Shown here one piece after another: positions 59,529 through 64,000 of a DNA stretch of 64,000 bases. Source of the DNA: Planctomycetota bacterium (GTDB taxonomy: Bacteria > Planctomycetota > B15-G4). The first letter of the stretch is position 1, and every line of letters begins with the position of its first letter. The stretch lies in assembly GCA_965248575.1 (NCBI GenBank), contig CBDFJQ010000002.1, positions 864,001 to 928,000 of the forward strand, written 5' to 3'. The notes below the pieces were generated by a model. The model made no database searches. It was given only the letters and a program-made list of their open reading frames with translations, and had not been told where the DNA came from. Position numbers and translations under genes: made by a program.

Positions 59529-60205
59529 TGCCTACCGACACAAGCCATGCCAAGTGCCCGACCCTCAGCACTCACCTGCCCTCAGGCTGGGGTTCGCTCG
59601 ATGCCCTGCTGGGGGGTGGCTGGCCCGCAGGCGGTCTGGTCGAGATCCTCGGCCACGGGGGGACCAGCCTGGCTTTGGGGGCCGTCCGGGCCGCTCAGCA
59701 ACAGGAGCTGCCCATCGCCTGGATCGACGGTTCGAACAGCTTCTGCCCGGCCACCGCCTCGCTCGACCCCTCGCGCCTGACGTGGGTCCGCGCGGGGGCT
59801 TCTCAGGGCCGCTCCGCCGTGAGTTCAGCGCTCTTCGCCGCCGACGTCCTGTTGCGCAGCCGCGCCTACAGCCTGCTGGTCTTGGACCTCCCTGCACGTC
59901 GGAGCCCTTCCCGCTCCGCCTGGTTCCGTCTCGCCCGTCTGGCTGTGCGGGCCGAGACAACGCTCCTGCTGCTGCACCCCGATGGGGGCTGGCAGGGGGC
60001 TCTTCCCGAGCGCTCGCCTGGCGCCCTGCGCATGCTCGCCGGTTCTGCGTCCCAGATGCAGGTCGACGTGCGCTTGCGGTCTCCGGAGGGGGCGGAGTGG
60101 GACGAGTGGCCGGCCCCCGAACTCGAGCTCTGGCTGCACCGGAAGCGGTTCTCGCAGGACCCAGGTGAAAACTCACAACCCCTGCGCCTGCAGATCGAAA
60201 ACTGA
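59528..60205 (+). CDS. imuA: ImuA, RecA-like mutasome component
   Basis: PSGWGSLDALLGGGWPAGGLVEI, degenerate Walker A, AWID and LLVLD; first gene before imuB-dnaE2. Confidence 0.88.
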   Translation: MPTDTSHAKCPTLSTHLPSGWGSLDALLGGGWPAGGLVEILGHGGTSLALGAVRAAQQQELPIAWIDGSNSFCPATASLDPSRLTWVRAGASQGRSAVSSALFAADVLLRSRAYSLLVLDLPARRSPSRSAWFRLARLAVRAETTLLLLHPDGGWQGALPERSPGALRMLAGSASQMQVDVRLRSPEGAEWDEWPAPELELWLHRKRFSQDPGENSQPLRLQIEN

Positions 60206-60206
60206 G

Positions 60207-61478
60207 ATGCTCGTCTGTGTCCTCCTGTCCCGATCCGAACCCGAACTGGCGCGCAAGCTCTTCGCCATCAGCCCCCTGCTGGAACGGGTGGAGCAGGCGG
60301 AGGGAGCCGGCCAGGCTGTCTTCCTGGATGTCACGGGCACCTCCCGTCTGCATGGGGGCACCGTGGGTTTGTTTGCCGCCATCCGCTCCGCTTTGGGTCC
60401 TGGGCAAAGCGCTGACCTGCAGGGCATGGCGCTGGCCAGCAATCGCTTCACCGCAGAGGTCGCGGCCCGTTGCAGCGGGCGCGCCGTGGCCATCGCCCCC
60501 GGCGAGGAGGCGCTCTACCTGGCCCAGCGACCTCTGAGCGAACTGCCCCTGAGCGCCTCCCTGGCCCGACGCCTGGGCCCCTTGGGGCTGGAAACCCTTG
60601 GAGAGTTCGCGGCCCTGCCGGTGGCCGCCGTCGATCGGCGTTACGGCCCGGAAGGCATTGCCTTGCACCGCTTGGCCCGGGGCGAAGATGACCGCAGCCT
60701 GCTCCCCGAGCAGCCGGGAGCGCGCCGCAGTGTGTGGCGCCAGCTCGAACACCCCGTCGACCGCCTCCTGCGCCTGGAGCCCTTCCTCGAGCAGGCCCTG
60801 ACGATTCTGTGCGAAGCCTTGGAGGAACGCGGCGAGGGGCTCCTCTCCTTGCGCCTGCAGCTCTTCTTCTCCTCAGGGCAGGCCCAGTGGGAGCTCTCCC
60901 CGGCCACTCCAGAGCGTCGGGTGCCCTTGCTGCTGGAGCTGACCCGGCTGCGGCTTCAGGCCCAACCACCTCAAGCGGCCGTGAGCGCTTTCCAATTGGA
61001 AGTGCTTCGCACGCAGCGCATGGCCGTGCACCAGGCACAACTCTTCGGTGGCTTGCCGGGCGACACCGCCCGAGATCCCGCTCGCAGGGCGGAGGCCCTG
61101 GCGCGGCTCACAGAGCGCCTTGGCCAAGGAGCCCTGGGGCAGCCCCAGATGCGCGCTGCCCACCGCCTGGAAGATCGTTGGCAAGGGGGGCCGGGAGAAG
61201 TCCCGGCGCGCCCAGCCGCCGGGCCGGCCCTGAGGGTGCTCGCGGAGCCCGAGCGTCTGGTGCCCGTGTCCATGGGGGGGCAACTGATGGGCTTCCGGCG
61301 CGGGGCCCAGGAGCTCTCACTCGGGCGCCTCTCCGCGCCTCGACGCTTGGAAGGGGGCTGGTGGGCGACTCCCTGGGCACGGGACGAACACGACCTGGAG
61401 CCGCTGCAGGGAGGGCGGCTGCGCATCTGTCGCGACCTGGGTCTGAAGTGCTGGCTGCTCCTCGGTGAGTTCGACTGA
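60207..61478 (+). CDS. imuB: ImuB, inactive Y-family polymerase homolog
   Basis: FLDVTG..RLHGG, LPL...LGLETLG, clamp-motif-like QAQLF and C-terminal RLEGGWW...RDEH...WLLLGEFD. Confidence 0.88.
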   Translation: MLVCVLLSRSEPELARKLFAISPLLERVEQAEGAGQAVFLDVTGTSRLHGGTVGLFAAIRSALGPGQSADLQGMALASNRFTAEVAARCSGRAVAIAPGEEALYLAQRPLSELPLSASLARRLGPLGLETLGEFAALPVAAVDRRYGPEGIALHRLARGEDDRSLLPEQPGARRSVWRQLEHPVDRLLRLEPFLEQALTILCEALEERGEGLLSLRLQLFFSSGQAQWELSPATPERRVPLLLELTRLRLQAQPPQAAVSAFQLEVLRTQRMAVHQAQLFGGLPGDTARDPARRAEALARLTERLGQGALGQPQMRAAHRLEDRWQGGPGEVPARPAAGPALRVLAEPERLVPVSMGGQLMGFRRGAQELSLGRLSAPRRLEGGWWATPWARDEHDLEPLQGGRLRICRDLGLKCWLLLGEFD

Positions 61479-61493
61479 AAGGGAGGTCAACGC

Positions 61494-64000
61494 ATGCCGC
61501 CCTATGCCGAGCTCTCGTGCCAGTCCGCGTTCAGTTTCCTGCGTGGAGCCTCCGAACCGGAAGCCTTGGTGGAACAAGCCCATGCCTTGGGATATCGGGC
61601 CTTGGCCCTCACGGATCGTGACGGCCTCTATGGTTGCCCTCGTTTTCATGCCGCAACGTCGAAGATGTCTTTACACGGTGTGCATGGAACAACACTCACC
61701 CTCGCGCCGTTACCGGCACCGGCACGCGGGAAAACCGTGTGCAACGGTCGCCCCGAATCCGCGGACGACCGGATCGTCTTGCTGGCAGAGAACGGGTCCG
61801 GGTGGCGGAGCTTGTGCCAACTGGTCTCCGCCGCACGTCACCGCAGCCGCAAGCAGCCCACGACCACCGTCGCCAGCTTGAGCGAAGCCTGCGGGCCGGG
61901 GTCGGGTTTGCTCCTGCTCGCAGGGCCGCATCTCCCTGAGCCTGCGTTGGAGACGCTTGTCGATACCGCAGGGCGGGACTGCGTATGGCTCAGCGTTCAT
62001 GACCGGCTTCTGCGTCGCGACCGCCGCGGGCAAGCGCTGCAGCGACAGCGTTCGAAGCGCTTCACCCTGCCCTTGCTGGTCACAGGCGGCGTGCGCTTCG
62101 CCCGCCGCGGCGACAAGGCACTGCACGACGTGCTCACCTGCGTTCGACATCGCACCACCCTCGAACAAGCCAGCACCCGCCTGCTCCCCAACGCAGAGTT
62201 CTGCCTGCGCCCTGTCGCCCGGATCGAGCGCCTGTTTCGACACATGCCCGAGGCCGTGCAGCGAACCCTGGACGTCGCTGAGCGCTGCCAATGGGACCTT
62301 GCCGACCTGGCCTACCGCTTCCCCTCCTATCCCGTTGCGGAAGACGAGACGGTCTTCAGCGCCTTGCACAAGCACACCCAGGAGGGGGCACGAAAGCGTT
62401 ACCGGCCGCTGACTCCTGCCGTCGCGCGGCAGCTGGCCAAGGAGCTGGACCTGATCGAGCGACTCGATCTCGCCGGCTACTTCCTGGTGGTGCACGACAT
62501 CGTCGCCTTCTGCGAACGAGAGGGGATTCTCTGCCAAGGGCGCGGCTCCGCTGCCAACTCGGCCGTGTGCTACTCCCTGGGGATCAGCTCGGTCGACCCG
62601 GTGGGGATGGAACTGCTCTTCGAGCGCTTTCTCTCGGAGGAGCGGGGCGAGACACCGGACATCGACCTGGACATTGCACACCAGGACCGCGAGCGCGTGT
62701 TGCAGTACGTCTACACGCGTTACGGGCGGGAGCATGCAGCCCTGGCGGCCGAGGCCATCACCTGGCGGACACGTTCCGCGGTGCGCGATGCTGGCAAGGC
62801 CCTCGGGTTCTCGAAGGCAGAGGTCGACGCCCTGGCGAAGGGTGTCGACCGGCGTTTCGACAACGACCGCCAAGGGGGCGACGGAGTTCCTGCCGGTTGG
62901 GCGCAGCATGCCGGGGACGCACGCCTGCCCTTGCTCATGCGGCTGGTGCAGGCCATGCACGGCCTGCCTCGCCACTTGTCGATCCATGTGGGCGGAATGG
63001 TCATCACGGGGGCGCCGCTCACCGACTCCATGCCGGTGGAGCCCGCCGCCATGAAAGGACGCACCGTCGTGCCCTGGGACAAGGACGATCTGGCAGGGCT
63101 CGGGATCATCAAGATCGACTTGCTGGGCTTGGGGATGCTCACCGTCATCGACCGCTGCTTGAAGTCCTTGCGCACTCAACCGGACACCGCGGACTGTTCG
63201 CTCTATACGGTGCCCACGGAGGACGAGCCCACGTGGGACATGTTGTGCGAGGCGGACACCGTGGGCGTCTTCCAGGTGGAGTCCCGCGCTCAAATGAACT
63301 GCTTGCCGCGCCTGCGCCCGCGAAGCTTCTACGATCTGGTGGTGGAGGTGGCCCTGATCCGCCCCGGGCCGATCCAAGGCGACATGGTGCACCCCTATCT
63401 GCGCCGCAGGGCGGGGCGTGAGGCGGTCACCTATCCGCACCCGCGCCTGGAGCCCATCCTGAAACGCACCTTGGGCGTGCCCTTGTTCCAGGAGCAGGGC
63501 ATGAAGATCGCCGTGGCAGCCGCCGGCTTCACGGCAGGCCAGGCGGATGAACTGCGGCGGGCGATGGGCCACAAGCGCAGCCACGAGCGCATGGCAGCTC
63601 TTTCGAAACGCCTCGTGGACGGCATGCTGGCCAGCGGCATCCGACACGAACTGGCGGAGCGCATCCTGCAACAACTCTCCGCCTTTGCGGACTACGGCTT
63701 TCCCGAATCGCACGCAGCTTCCTTCGCGCGCCTGGTGTGGGTTTCGGCCTGGCTCAAACGCCACCACCCTGAGCACCTCCTGTGCGCGCTGCTCAACGCA
63801 CAGCCCATGGGTTTCTACGCGCCTAGCGTGCTGGTCAGTGATGCCCGTCGGCACGGAGTCCAGGTCCTGCCGGTGGACGTCCTGCAGAGCTCGTGGGAAA
63901 GCCGGCTGCAGTGGGTGGAGGAAGAGCGCGCGCCCAAGCTGTCGGTGCGGCTGGGCCTCTGCACGGTGCGGGGTCTCGGGGAGGCGCATGAGGAGGGCGT
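61494..64000 (+). CDS. dnaE2: Error-prone DNA polymerase DnaE2 (ImuC), truncated by the window end
   Basis: Manual translation: MPPYAELSCQSAFSFLRGAS, GRGSAANS, PDIDLD, SIHVGG, KIDLLGLGML, FQVESRAQM, YGFPESHAASFA and NAQPMGFY. Confidence 0.96.
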   Translation, partial: MPPYAELSCQSAFSFLRGASEPEALVEQAHALGYRALALTDRDGLYGCPRFHAATSKMSLHGVHGTTLTLAPLPAPARGKTVCNGRPESADDRIVLLAENGSGWRSLCQLVSAARHRSRKQPTTTVASLSEACGPGSGLLLLAGPHLPEPALETLVDTAGRDCVWLSVHDRLLRRDRRGQALQRQRSKRFTLPLLVTGGVRFARRGDKALHDVLTCVRHRTTLEQASTRLLPNAEFCLRPVARIERLFRHMPEAVQRTLDVAERCQWDLADLAYRFPSYPVAEDETVFSALHKHTQEGARKRYRPLTPAVARQLAKELDLIERLDLAGYFLVVHDIVAFCEREGILCQGRGSAANSAVCYSLGISSVDPVGMELLFERFLSEERGETPDIDLDIAHQDRERVLQYVYTRYGREHAALAAEAITWRTRSAVRDAGKALGFSKAEVDALAKGVDRRFDNDRQGGDGVPAGWAQHAGDARLPLLMRLVQAMHGLPRHLSIHVGGMVITGAPLTDSMPVEPAAMKGRTVVPWDKDDLAGLGIIKIDLLGLGMLTVIDRCLKSLRTQPDTADCSLYTVPTEDEPTWDMLCEADTVGVFQVESRAQMNCLPRLRPRSFYDLVVEVALIRPGPIQGDMVHPYLRRRAGREAVTYPHPRLEPILKRTLGVPLFQEQGMKIAVAAAGFTAGQADELRRAMGHKRSHERMAALSKRLVDGMLASGIRHELAERILQQLSAFADYGFPESHAASFARLVWVSAWLKRHHPEHLLCALLNAQPMGFYAPSVLVSDARRHGVQVLPVDVLQSSWESRLQWVEEERAPKLSVRLGLCTVRGLGEAHEEG

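Noticed and set aside
1..64000. In-frame UGA selenoprotein genes, prompted by selB
   Set aside because: No gene showed homology continuing past a TGA by eye; a dedicated SECIS search would be needed to exclude this fully.

Overview
High-GC bacterial chromosome segment made up mostly of core and envelope genes. The organism is most likely a Planctomycetota member; this is inferred from the RpoD sequence style, tandem GspE/PilB ATPases, an HTH-acidic-TM protein, a HEAT-vWA protein and multiple sulfatase-fold proteins. Housekeeping genes: secD (partial), rplS, trmD, riboflavin synthase, fumC, a Ski2/HelY-like helicase, rplM-rpsI-yebC, ppdK, rsmA, dnaG-rpoD, selB, tRNA-Pro(CGG), guaB-guaA, an RsmB/F-type methyltransferase and an imuA-imuB-dnaE2 mutasome (partial). 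Envelope and accessory genes: a GT4 pair, an LMW-PTP, an orphan adenine MTase, three sulfatase-fold proteins with Thr at the nucleophile position, an FtsQ-like protein, a degenerate GGDEF protein, pilB-pilB-pilC plus a CNNM pair, an OmpA/MotB lipoprotein, an AmgK/MurU-like pair, an O-antigen-ligase/TPR protein and a TMTC-like GT-C protein. No CRISPR array, integrase or transposase was seen. The least explained signals cluster around dnaG-rpoD: a ~790-nt non-coding region that folds by eye into many nested helices with plus-strand G-U wobble bias, a 20-codon ORF overlapping both the dnaG stop and the rpoD start, and a second multi-helix RNA after rpoD. A tandem 11-bp direct repeat over the imuABC promoter is a candidate new SOS operator. 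All folding and family assignments were made by eye, without computation or database search.
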